A stretch of 64,000 nucleotides of DNA from Lytechinus pictus. Lineage: Eukaryota. The DNA lies in contig NC_087245.1 of assembly GCF_037042905.1 (NCBI RefSeq), positions 5,768,001-5,832,000 on the forward strand, in the 5' to 3' direction. Shown in pieces: positions 1-12,900 of this stretch; position 1 is the first letter of the stretch, and every line of letters begins with the position of its first letter. The translations under genes were made by a program, and so were the position numbers. Below the pieces are notes generated by a model. The model made no database searches, had not been told where the DNA came from, and was given only the letters and a program-made list of their open reading frames with translations.

Positions 1-139
1 CTCATTGTCATAAATTGGGACATTAAAAAAAATAATGTTGGAAATTGGTTGGAATGCCAACCAAATTTAAGAAAGACATGGGTTTTGTCAACCAAACAAG
101 TGTTCCCTCGATGGAGTTTGTCCCATCAGAGCCCATTCG

Positions 140-720
140 ATGTTGAGAGTATTTCTCTGTTTTTTTGCTGATAAAGTCAAACAGGTTGATGAAAGCTTTA
201 GAAGCTTCTTGTATGATGGTGAGGTATCCCCTTGTTCGGCTGGTGCTGCTGGTAGGTCGGTGGTGGTCGTTAGGGATACAGGGGCTGCACAGTCCCTGAT
301 GGTGCCAGGGGATTTGGCTCTCCCTCAGGAGAGTTCAGAGAATGCCAAAGTCTTAATTCAAGATATTGGCCCAAATTTCATGTCGGTTCCTTTGCATAAG
401 GTCGACTTAAAATTGTGACCTAGTTAGTGGTCCTGTGACTGTTGGTGTCGTTCCAGAATTACCCATGGAAGGGGTTGATTTCTTGTTAGGTAACGACTTG
501 GCTGGAGATGGTCTAGTGGTTTCGGAGAAGCCGGTTGAGGTAGCTGAAACTTAATTGTTGCAGGAAGATTTTCCAGCGATTTTCCCGGACTGTGTTGTCA
601 CTAGGTCTCAGACTCGTAGAGCTGAAAATGATGATGCGGATTCTGCTTATGTAGAGGAGAGTACTGATGTCTGGTTAGCTGAAACCTTTTTCAAGGATTT
701 AAATGGGGATAATGTTTCAC
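140..720 (+). mobile_element. Degenerate Gypsy/Ty3-like LTR retrotransposon pol remnant (aspartic protease region)
   Basis: Reads VVVVRDTGAAQSL (DTG active site) and VPLHKVDLK. After a +1 frameshift near 413 it continues DLVSGPVTVGVVPELPMEGVDFLLGNDLAGD, and then, past a stop codon, FPDCVVTRSQ. These motifs are typical of Gypsy proteases. Confidence 0.85.
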
Positions 721-919
721 TCGGTGTAGGACTAGTTCTTAATCAAAGGACTGTAATTTTCACATGATTGAATTATGGCAGTTTGATGCAGATAAATTTA
801 TGTCAGTAATGCCCTCTTCCCTCAATATTTTTTTATATCTTAATTTGATCTATAAGAACAGTTTTGATCATCTGATGTCATCGAGATTATAATCACCATA
901 AGGAAGAACAGAATGCGCG

Positions 920-982
920 ATGGATATTTTGAAGTTAAGAGATCTTTTGATGGAACTAGTAGAAGAACTGAAGATTACCAGA
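920..982 (+). CDS. CCDC73: CCDC73-like first recognised coding exon (MDILKLRDLLMELVEELKITR)
   Basis: ATG at 920; donor GTAAGT at 983; phase 0. Confidence 0.75.
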
Positions 983-3900
983 GTAAGTAAAACAATTTCA
1001 TCCACATTCCCTTCCTTTATTCACATAATGATAATTGATGTATATATATATCATTTAGGTCTATATGCCCTCTCAGTCATATTTGCCTTTCAGTTTAAGT
1101 TGAATGTCGTATGTCTAAAGGTCTTAAATAAAGGGGCAGCATTTTAAGGGATGGCATTTGAATCAACATTTCACCGAATTCCAGAAAAAGGGTGATACAA
1201 AGGATTTGAAGAAGATTTTGCGTATTTTAGGTTCAACTGTCAAATAAAAAACACTTTCAAAGACAAAAAAAATAATCCCTGTAATAAAATCTTGAATAAT
1301 TGTGAACAGTACGAATAAGAATTGAACTGTACACAGATATGATTGTTCGTCATTTTTATGTAAAAAGTGGACATATTCCTTCAGAAAATAGAAGTTCATT
1401 CATTGTTTATATTCGTGATTCATTTCATATTTACTTGTTATTGTTATTTTCCTGAAAGAAAATGATATTTAAAGATAGTCCAATTGAAAATTCAATAATT
1501 GTAGGCAAAAGGGAAATTATTAAGCACCTAAGAACAAGATGGGACTTTGATTATCAGAAGTGAATACATACATTGTTATAATTTGAAAAAAAGATGGAAA
1601 AGTCCCGTCCCACAAACAGTCGAACGTGAAAAAAAATCAATACAGCTATAATTTCTCATTTTGTCTCGCATGCATAGCAGAGCGAGACTGTGGGCACCGC
1701 TTCTTCGAAGGCGGCGTCAACATCAAATCTTAACCTAAGGTTAAGTTTTGGAAATAACATCATAACTTGGAAAGTATATGAACCTAGTTCGTGAAACTTG
1801 GACATAATTACTGAACATCCTGCCTTGGTTTCAGGTCATATGACCAAGGTCAAAGGTCATTTAGGGTCAATGAACTTAGACCATGTAGGGACAATCAATA
1901 TCGAAATCTTAACCTAAGGTTAAGTTTTTGAAATGTCATCATAACTTTATATTATCATATTTCATGAAACTTACACACAAGGGTTATAAAGTATTACTCA
2001 ACATTCTGTCCGAGTTTCAGGTAACATGACCAAGGTCAAAGGTTATTAAGGATCAATAAACTTTGGACAGGTTAGGGGTATTTGTTGAATTTCCACCATA
2101 ACTTTCATTTTTTTATAGAGCTAGTTCATAAAACTTGGACATAAGTGTAATCAAGTATCAATAAACATCCTGTGCGAGTTTCAGGTCACATAACTAAGGT
2201 CAAAAATCATTTAGGGTCAATGAACTTTAAAAGACCATGTTGGGGGAATCAATATCGAAATCTTAACCTGAGGTAAGTTTTTGAAATGTCATCATAACTT
2301 GAAAGGATATAGACCTAGTTCATAAAACTTAAAACATAAGAGTAACCAAGTATCAATAAACATCCTGCCCGAGTTTCAGGTCACACGACTTAGGTCAAAG
2401 GTCATTTAGGGTCAATGAACTTTGGGCATGTTAGGGGTATTTGTTGAATTTCCATCGTAACTTTAAATTTGTTATGGAGCTAGTTCATAAAACTTGGACA
2501 TAAGAGTAATCAAGTATCACTGAACATCCTGTGTGAGTTTCTTGTCACATGACCAAGGTCGAAGGTCATTTAGGGACAATGAACTTTGGTCATGTTGGGG
2601 GTATTTGTTGATTTGGCATCATAACTTAAAAAGTTTATGGATCTAGTTCAGAGCGTGATCGGTTCATCACGGACGGACATTTGATAGATTTTGAAAATTT
2701 TAAAGGCTTGTAACAAATTAGGAATAAGATAAGCAAGGTTCCTTTGTGTTTTATAGTGAAGGGTAGGACAAAGTATGCCGAATGATGTAAAAAGTTTGTT
2801 GCCATGGTAACCTACAAACATAAGTATCCACTAAATGTGCCATATCACGGACAGACAAGATAGAAATGTGGTTTTCAGAATTTTTGTACATTTTTATAGT
2901 TTCTATCTAAACAGCTTACTATTAACCAATAATTGTTAATGCAAGTAACACTCAGGTATGGCTTCTATGTTCAGCATATTGAATTCTAGACCAATATCAA
3001 ACTTTTGAGAAAATTGCAAATATTTTCCATCAAGGACGGACACAATAAAAATACATTGAAAGTACCTTGTAAGAAGTTCTTATTACTTTTTTTTTAATGG
3101 GGGGGGGGGAGAACAAATGCTAATATATTGATGATTTGTACATTTCTGAATATGATTAAACAGTATTAGTTGCACAATCAAGTTGCTACAAATTCAATCA
3201 AGTTGATACAACTTGATTTAAGTTGTAGCAACTTGATTTCTATGCTAGACGCACTGTATAATCTAGACAGTATATGATTGCTTTAAACACAGTTCTTGTC
3301 AAAATCGAATGTAAAGAATTATCTAATGCACATTGTCTTCTTTTCAAATGACAGAATACTACTTGAAACCAACTCAACATCTATTTGATCAATGAGCAAA
3401 GATGCTTTATACTCTAGGTCCATTAACTAAAATAAATCTAAAAGATGCTGATCCTTGGGTATGACACCCCATAACATGAACAGCCCTCATGTATTTGAGT
3501 TCCGAATAATTGTCAATACCATTTTCACTGCAAATTGAAACAAAAATTTAGTAACTTTTTCTACTTATTTATGTTTGATGATAGATTAATGTTCTGAGTG
3601 CTAGAATATGCAAACCAAATAAGAGTAACTTTGAAAACAACAAAACTAGAGTAAATTGAATTGAGTAAAATATCCGTCCGTGATGAGAGGTTACAGCACC
3701 CCATGAAAAAATTGTATATTCCAGTACTTTCAGAATGATCATCAATCTTCATGAAACTGAGTTCTTTGAAACCTAAGATATTAAAGATTATCTTAAAAGC
3801 AATTTTGATAGGAAAATTTCAAAAAAAAATCACCTCTATGTTAACCCTTAACCGATCATACTGAGCCTATTCATGAAACATAGACATAAGGGTAATCAAG

Positions 3901-6900
3901 TATTGTTTTGCACACATCTTAAGCCCCCCTCACACCTAACCGAATTGCCTGAAATATGCCTTGCGATGGCTGGCGAAAGGCTTTTTTTTTTATCGTTTTC
4001 AACGGTAACTGATAGTAAATCATATTTACCCTTCGTGTTTGGGTTCGTACAACTTCAGAACTAACAGCGGCGATTATTCACATTCGCGCGGAAATTTTGA
4101 ACACGTTTAATATTTCCCGACGAATTGAAAAATCGTTGGTCATCTGTTTAAATTCGCATCTTTTATTTAGTATGCGGTAATCGTTCGTTTATCGTTCGTG
4201 TTTTATTGTCGCGCATAGTCCATCATCGCGCTTTTGCCAAAGTGGACCGATCTCGAAAGAACCCTTAACGAAGCAACACGATGACACAACCGTACAATAA
4301 CGCCCGATCTATTCCCTCGTCTTCGTTTCTAATCGCACGTCATATCAAACCATTGCTCACTGTTCGTTCGTCTTATTGGGTTATATCAACCCTTTGCTCG
4401 CCTTCGGCTGCAATTTACTCAAAGAGGTGACCCGAAAAATTGATGTCCTCCGCATGTCATATTTATCCTTCGCTTACCGTTCGTTGATAAGATTTTACAT
4501 TAGTTACTGATCGCATGATTTGACGGAAATTTTATATGAATTCGTTGATTTGGCGTTTTCCCATTCGTCACCCTTCGTCCGCCTACATTAATCGGTCAGG
4601 TGTGAGGGGCTTTTAGATCACATGATCATGGTCAAAGGTCATTTTGGGTCAATGGACATATTATTTTATTATCATATGAATGTTTTCTCTTGTGAATAAT
4701 TATTCAATGGCTGTTTTCAAAGTGAGCACTGCTGCTATATCAAATCGCGTAATGCAGGCGAGACTGCCAGAGGCGTTCCACTTGTTCATATTAAAGATGT
4801 ATAACGATGGAAATTCATATTTTCTTTATTTGTTATTGTGTGATCAGACCAAATGTATCCTTAAAAAATAATTGGTAAATAAGGCAACCACCTCCCACAT
4901 TATTTTTCAATTTTTGTAAAGAAAGGGGTAAAAGGAGAAGGAAAAAATAGTTGTAAAGGGAAAGAAAGATGGGAGAAGGGTGCAAAATATTAGGTGTGGG
5001 CTGTGTAAAATGTCTCTACATCTAAATTGAGAGAAAAAAAAAACAGTGTCACCTTTAGTTTGTCTTGCCCCCCCCCCCATCGAAATATCCTTACGCTAAC
5101 CCTGGGATCAATTATATCCTCCATTCCATGTGTGCTGAAAGCTAATAATCCTAACAAATGAACAAATGCCATATGAATAAGCAATAAGAAAAAAAAGTTC
5201 ATGAGCATCAGCGGAATATATCTAATCCTATATTTTTCAACACCCTTGTCATGAAAATCGCTTTAAAATTTCACAAGAGTAGTGTTTTTGTGCAAAGGTC
5301 CAGACAAGTGTAGTGAGGTCAGAAATATCCAATATGTCATAACGAGTCACTGAGAAAAAGTGACATATCTTCAAAAATAAATGCAGAATTACTAGCCAAA
5401 TGAGGAAAAGCTAAGCCTGGTAAGTAGTGATTATATAATCGATGATTCTCTATTTCCATTTTCTGTTTCTTTCAATCTTGTTCATTTTAATCCCATTTTC
5501 CCTGATGCCGGTATATAATATTTTTTTGGGTAAAAAATAATACAGGCTGAAGTGACAGAGAACGAAGATCGTATTCAGCAACTTGTGAACGAATGCCATG
5601 ACAAAGAGAGAAAATTGGTGAGAAAAAATATACTATATGACGCTTTGGTGTAGACAGTATAAGAAAGAATTCTAAAAATAGCATAATTCAAAACATGAAA
5701 CGCCTGATTATGATAAATGTTAAAGAATAAAAATAAAACTTGGAGTCACTCAAATATCTTGTAAATTACACAGTTCTGAATTTAGACTCTGACAGATTTG
5801 TATAGAAGCATTAAAGGGGAATCCAGCATTAGCCATAAAATGTTGTGTTGGGAAGGAAAAAAAATAAATTAAACAGAATGGTGAAAGTTTGAAAGAAATC
5901 GAACAAGCAATAAGAAAGTTATAGCTGCTTTAAAATTAAGATCACTAGTAGTATGTAGATTTCAAATTGGCAACTGGGTAAGTAAATTATGACAAGGGGC
6001 AAGGACAACTTTCCCATAGGCCATGTACTTTATTATCAGGGATTTGTGGTTTTCTCCTTAAGTACCCATTCCCCTGGGGCAGTAATCTAAATATAACCCA
6101 GGTGGTATATTGTTTAATGTCCTCATGAATGAAAAATATAATTTGAAATAAAATTTTTGGGAACAATGACATTTTAGCCATAATATGTATTGGAGTACAT
6201 GGAAGAGTAGTCCTTGCCTTACATCACTATGACATCCCATATGCAGCCAGTTTGAAGTCTCCATGAGTGTAGTGATTACCAATATTTACAATTTTTTTAA
6301 ATTCATAACTTTCTTGTTGTTTGTCCAATATTGTTCAAACTTTCACCTATCAACTTGTCTGATTTTTCTTTTTCTTATAAAAACAAGTTTTTATTTTGGT
6401 TGGATTCCCCTTTAATGATGAGAATGATTCGAATCTTGATTGACATACTGAGAATTTTGTCCGTAGCATGTCTTAATAATCACCAATAAAATTAACTCTT
6501 TTGCTCATAATGTATAATAAAGCTGCTATTTTGAGTAAAAAAAAAATCGTTGAGCAAATTAGTAATAATTAACTGGTTTTGGTAGAATGAAATATGGTTT
6601 GTTTCACTGACTTCATTATCAAACTATTTGATTCATACCATTCGATCAATATTCAGTATTGATGTCATTTTGATATTCATGAGATATTCATGGGTAAACA
6701 AATGATTCTAGCTCATTCGTCGAGCTAAAAACTGCTGAATATTCAATTAACTACATCGCTGCACAGGTATACAAAGATGTTTGAATGTTTTATAAGTTCC
6801 AACTTCCTCTATTTCGGAAGTAACTATTTTTTATAAGATGCAAAATTGTAGTGGAATGTATTTTTTTTTGTTAGGCATGGTGAATTTTCTTTTCTGCCCG

Positions 6901-9900
6901 TAAACAACAAAATTTATATCGCTTTCCCACACATCCAATTTATGATATGAGGTTTCTCTTAATCTAAGCTGACAAGTTTAAGTTGATTTCCTTTTATATC
7001 AGCTAACATGCAGATATTATATATTTTCTTTTCTGATGTTATTGTAATGAGGTTTGTGAAGAGTTAAGTATTTTGGACGATTTCAGCTATGTTTTCGTCT
7101 GATTTTCAGCTCACTTTAGTTTTCCTTTGTACAAAGTTTGGGAGCGCTTTCAATTTCAGCTTTTTCAACACTTTTGAGCTTTTTTTTCCCAGCTCTTTTC
7201 TCTTTGATCACTCACACCACTGTGTAACCTAACATTTTGAGTCTGAATTTTCATTGAAGGAAGAGGAAGCTCTCATGGCTCTGTCTCTAAGAGACAAACA
7301 TATAGAGACTGAGGACATTTTGAGCAAAACATCGGATGATAAGATGAAACACCTTGAATCTGAAAAGGTGAGATAATAAGGGGAAAATCGAAATTGATTG
7401 GGAAAGACTGTAGAAGTATTAGTATTTGATCTCGATATTGTCATTCGTATTTTTTTTTTTTTTTAATTTTTTTTTTTAATTACTTAGGAAAGGAGCAAAA
7501 GTCTTGTAATGAACGCTTTTAAAAGGCTCACGGCTTACAATTTTGCATTAAATACACATCAGAATAAAGTCAGGCGCCACTTTTCTGACTGCGTCAATAC
7601 ATTCACATATATGGTTTATTGAAATGTGAATGTATAAAGTCCACTTTCATCAAAAGTTTTGACTTTGTGATGTCACAAATCGTGTGATCTGAGTTTTTAA
7701 AAAGGCGAAATTTTCTGGAATCATGAAAGTGAATTTTATCTCTGAGGGCGATATACCATTACACACATCATTTCATACCTCCTTCAATGAGAATATAAAC
7801 TACATGATACAAAGTGTAGCTGCTCGCACTGATGGCTCTGATAACGTCACAACTTGTTAACTTTAATTCATAACTCTCATATAATAAAATTTCAATCTAT
7901 CCTTCACTAATATTTTTAATTTTCTGCTTTATTTAGAACCAACTTATATTCAGGGTGAAGTTTCATTTCAACATGATCATAGTACTAGTATTAATCTTGT
8001 TTCAACTTGGATGCTTAGGAGGTGCAGGTCTCGGCTAGCTAGTACTATTGGTGGTAGTTTCGGGTCTTTATATTCAACAAATCCCATTAATCAATGTAAT
8101 CTCTGAGAATTTACACATGGCTATGCAGATGAAAATAAATCAGTTTTATTACAGCAGCAAATCAAATTTAGTGTACAGAGTTAGCACTTAATAGGGGGTG
8201 GGATGGTGAAAAAGTCCAACTTATTTTGCTATTTTTAACTTTTCCCTTTCCCTCCTGGTTCCAGTCTAAACTTCAGTTGGCTGTAGAGGGCTGGGAAAAG
8301 GAAATAAAAACAATGAAAGAAGTGGTCAGAGCTTTAGAGGTATGTATTTATTGTGTCACAATATTTTCTATTATCAAAATTATTTTCCTCCCCTAGTATT
8401 TACTTCAGTTGGACAAAATAAAACCATTAAAGAAAAAACCTAAATCGGATATAAACAAGAAAATCATTGCCTCTTTAAATTCGCATAGATTCTGAAAAAC
8501 GGTATCTTGCACAACATGGCAATTTTTGCAAATACCCAAGCATACTGTATTTTTTTTTTTTAAATCTTAAATAATTTATTTCAATTTGATTCACTTCATT
8601 TATATAATTGGAAAGACAGAGCTGCCCAGTAGTTCTGTAATCAGTAGGTCTACTAAAAAAATGCGAAGAATACTTATTTTTTCATGCAAAATACTGATGT
8701 CAAAATCATCAGTTTCATGTTGTCCTATGCCATTTCTATGGTATATCTTTGAAAATAGTTGTTTCCTCATCAAAATACTGATTTTCAGTTTTTAAAATAC
8801 TGAAAAGTTGTTCAGGTTGGCAGCTCTGAAAAAAAGAATGGTGACTATGTTACATCATCGATACCCTCAAATACCGCTACTGATAAAAAGATGATTGAGG
8901 GTCATTTGAAATTATATATTAAAGTCACTAAGGCAAGCTTCGCTATTGCTTCATCCATGGAAAGTTGCTATATTGCTCTTATTACGAGAAGTCTAGGTTT
9001 AATTTAGAACAAAGATTTGCCTTTCCGTTCTAGCAATGGTGTGATTTAATTTTCATGTGAGACACACTCACATGCACGCGCACACACACACATTGTAATT
9101 GTTAGATTTATGATTAACCTACAAGATCAAGTGGAAAAAGGATAGATTCAAGATTTCATATAGAGACATATATAAATTTTCAAAAAAGGGAGGGTGTGAC
9201 ATCATTCCGCTACGTTTTCCTCCATTGTGATGAAAATACGAGTTAATATATAGCTATATTATTAAAATCATATTATTTTCAGTCAGTGATTTCCCGTTAA
9301 AATTGTAAATTTGGGAAACCGTTTTCCTTACATAACCCAAAGTAGGCATAACAAGTGAACTAGATTTTATGTATTTGATTTCACCCTAGCTGTCCAAGTA
9401 CAACCAAGATAAAACGGTTCGAGAGCTGCAACACAGACTCCAAACCCAGGAAAGGAATAAGACGGCACATGCTGAACAGGTGCTAGATATCGATAATAAA
9501 TGCAAGGGTCTTCAAAAAGACATGACATTTTATAGGGATGCACTGGGCATCCTTAAAAGGGAAGGTATGTTTGAAAATAAAAGAGGCCATTTCAGGATTT
9601 GAAATGACAATGATTATGTTTTGCGATAATTAAAAAACTGTTTGAAGGACCAACTTCAAACTCAGTTCATGTATGATCTGATTATATTTAGGATCATGAG
9701 TTAAAAGGTCAATTATGATACTTGAGATTTCCCCCATTTTTTGTGGTTAATGATGGACCTTTTTGCTCATTTGTGCATAATCATTGGAGTAGATATACGT
9801 GGCCCTCGTGGACGTGAAATTAAGTTGCTCAAGATTGGTCATTACTGATTATTAGTTATCTAAGAAAGAATATCCGGCGTTGTTGATTGTACAAGGTGCC

Positions 9901-12900
9901 AGGGACTGCAGGGGTTTTTCACCCCAATTAAATACATTTAAAAACTAATACGCTTTAGATATATTCATTTCATTACTGCTTTTCTATACAGTAAATTCTC
10001 AGACACATTTTACTCAACGACCCACTTTCTAACTCCTGGGGCCCGTAACACAAAACTTAGCAATGATCGTATAACATTTTTTTACAATTGATTCCATAGA
10101 CTACAATGTACATTATTGTACAATCAATCGTAAAGATCAAGCGTATGATCAATCGCTAACATTTGTGTTACGGGGCCCTGGTTGTCATGTTGGTGTCTTC
10201 CTCCAAATAAAACACACCTATCCTTGTATTAATTTGACAGTCAGTGAAGCTGGTGTATTGAATATGAAGTTAACAGCAACCAACATTCATCAGAGTTGCG
10301 AGATATCCTCATTGAAAGAAGATCTTAATAAGAAACAACAAGACATCATAAAGCTACGTGCCCATGTCACTGGCATGCCAGACAAAGAGAGCAACAAGAG
10401 GGAGATGATCGAATTACAGATAGAAGAACTAACCAAAGAATTGAAACAGGTAAAAAGAAAATGCTACGTAAAGATTTGAAATATGTTTTTCAGCGTAACA
10501 TTTCCCCTGTCATGTTGCCGATATGAATGATACCCCCGGATGATACCCCAGCTTTTCAAGGTGGAGCAGGATATTTAATGACACGCTTCTTCACCTGGAT
10601 GGCGACCAATAAGGCCGGAATAATGCCTACATACAGTCTACTGACGATTGGTGCCTTTAGCGCCTTAAGCATTTTGTTGTGTTAAAAGAATCGAAGAATA
10701 ATGGCACCCCACTAATATCAGTGTTTTTTGTTGGTAGTGGAATACGTCTGAAATGTTTGATGAACTACTTTCACAATTTATCTATTTAAAGAAATGAGTG
10801 AGGGTAATGGCACTTGAACCATTTGCATGTTAGTTGGGTTATAAAAATGTGTTTTGAACGTACTTTCTATATGAATGTAAGAATTCTGTTCTAATCTCTA
10901 CAGAGAATGGAAGGCGATTATCCGATACTACGTGGCCACGGAATGCCATTCGCACTTTGATTTTTGTCCAATGATGTATTCATTTTTCTTTTGTACCATG
11001 TAATTCATATGAGTCAACATAATGATATTCAACCAGTCCATGGTTCACTTTTATAAACTTGATTTAGTATGTAAATGAAGTCGTCAAAACCAAGTCCTCC
11101 CCTCCATTTTTATCCATCCACAGGTTGCACTTATAAACCAAGATTTGAAGACTCAGTATGAGGAGGGTAGACGAGCTAATCAGGTAGTACTAATTTCATT
11201 TTCCAAATATGCATAGTTACAAAATTGAGTTAGATTAAACTATATTTGATGCATAGAACAATTCTGCTTACTAAACCATAACATTCCTCATCATTTAGTC
11301 ATAGCCTTTTAAACTGATTCTCACAGACAGCACACTATCGTTACCCTCCTAAACAGACCCACAATTACCTACCCACCCTCGCATACACACACCCACACAC
11401 CCTTACCAACCCATAATTCCACTAACCAGGATTATATATTCAATAAGATACAAGAAGAAGAAAACTGTACTTATTCCAAATTTTTACAACTGTGGTTCAC
11501 TTTGCACTGCCACTCTATATCCCCACACCTCAAGAAAATTTCTTTTTTTGCCTCGAAACGTTTGATGTCGCTAATTCCACTGTTGCTCTTGTCTTTGTTT
11601 TCGCTCTATTATACGTAGTTCATATTGAAAGTAGACCGGTTCGAAGAACATTTTTCAATAATAAGCTAGCGAACGAAAAAGTCATGTTAGTTAATATGTG
11701 CCCAAAATACCATTTAAATAATATTTTAGCAAAGTGAAAATTTGAAACAAAGATATTAAAATATGTACCTAATTAACGTGCAATATTTATTTTAATAAGG
11801 TTTTATTGTTATTCATTAATAACATTACATGTGCTATTTTAATCATTACCAATTTCTTCATATCTCGTTATCAATTTTACTGTCTTCATTTTTATTGGTA
11901 ATAACATAATTGTTATGGTTGTTATCATTTGCATTTATCATTATAATTGTTAGGATTACAGTGTATGAATATGATTATTAGAGAAAGCATTGTCTGCATC
12001 ATCATATCATGTTGATTTGCAATAAACTCTATATTGAACTTATCTTTTATCTAGGTTACACAAGCACAGTTACAAGAATGCCAAGACCTGTTGCAACGGT
12101 TTATGACATCTACCGACGAGCTCAAAAAGAGAACTACCCAGCAAGAAACCCAAATAGCCACGCTAATGAAAGAAAATACCGATGTGTCAGAGCGACATTC
12201 AAGAGCAAAATCAGAAATCGCCGAGCTACGCCAAGTTATGAATGAACGGGACTCCAAGAAAAAAACCGAGGTAGATATTGTAAACGACCATAAGCATACT
12301 CTTAGATACAAAATTAAATAAGAAAAGAAACCCCCCCAAAAATATGCTAAAGTGAATCTAGTTATAAATATCTTGATAGAAATTATACTTGTTTAAATGT
12401 TGTCCCTCAGTCCTCAGGTCCCCAAAATTACATATTACATATTCCAAAATTACATTAAAAATTAATGTATAAACTGTGTTTTTTTTTCTTTCTGTCTCGC
12501 CTGCATAGCAGAGCGAGATTATAGGGCTCGCTTTTTCGATGGTGGCGGCGGCATTGTCTACATTGAAATATTAACCAATGTTTTTTTTTTTCAAATGTTA
12601 TCATTGTACCTAGTTAATTAAACTTGGACATTAGGGTAATCAAGTATCACTGATCATTATGTCCCTAAACAGGTCCTTAGACTGGAAGAGGAAAATGAAA
12701 AGATGAAGAACGACCTCAGTAAAGTTAGGAAAACTGTGCTTAATCTTGAAAATATCAACGCCAGTTGGGCATCTAAAAATCATGCCATTACAAAGGAAAT
12801 GGAAGATTTGAAGGTAATATGATACATTAAATTTGAGAAGATTTTAATACTATCAATAATTTGTTACGCTTGCATATTGATGTGAGCTTTGTTGATATCT

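Larger units (their letters stand above)
1660..4786 (+). mobile_element. Helentron-associated (HINE/DINE-1-like) non-autonomous element with internal 164-195 bp tandem units and two nested insertions
   Basis: 5' hairpin/subTIR GTCTCGCATGCA...GCGAGAC at 1663; 3' subTIR TGCAGGCGAGAC at 4753-4764 followed by a short GCC-AGA-GGC hairpin; T-rich ends. Tandem units contain TGACCAAGGTCAAAGGTCA. Related copies start at 12493 and 44890. Confidence 0.7.

Noticed and set aside
5396..5419. Possible micro-exon (PNEEKLSL) ending at a GTAAGT donor
   Set aside because: The acceptor is weak and the 72-nt exon at 5546-5617 already fills the expected segment. It could still be an alternative leader exon.
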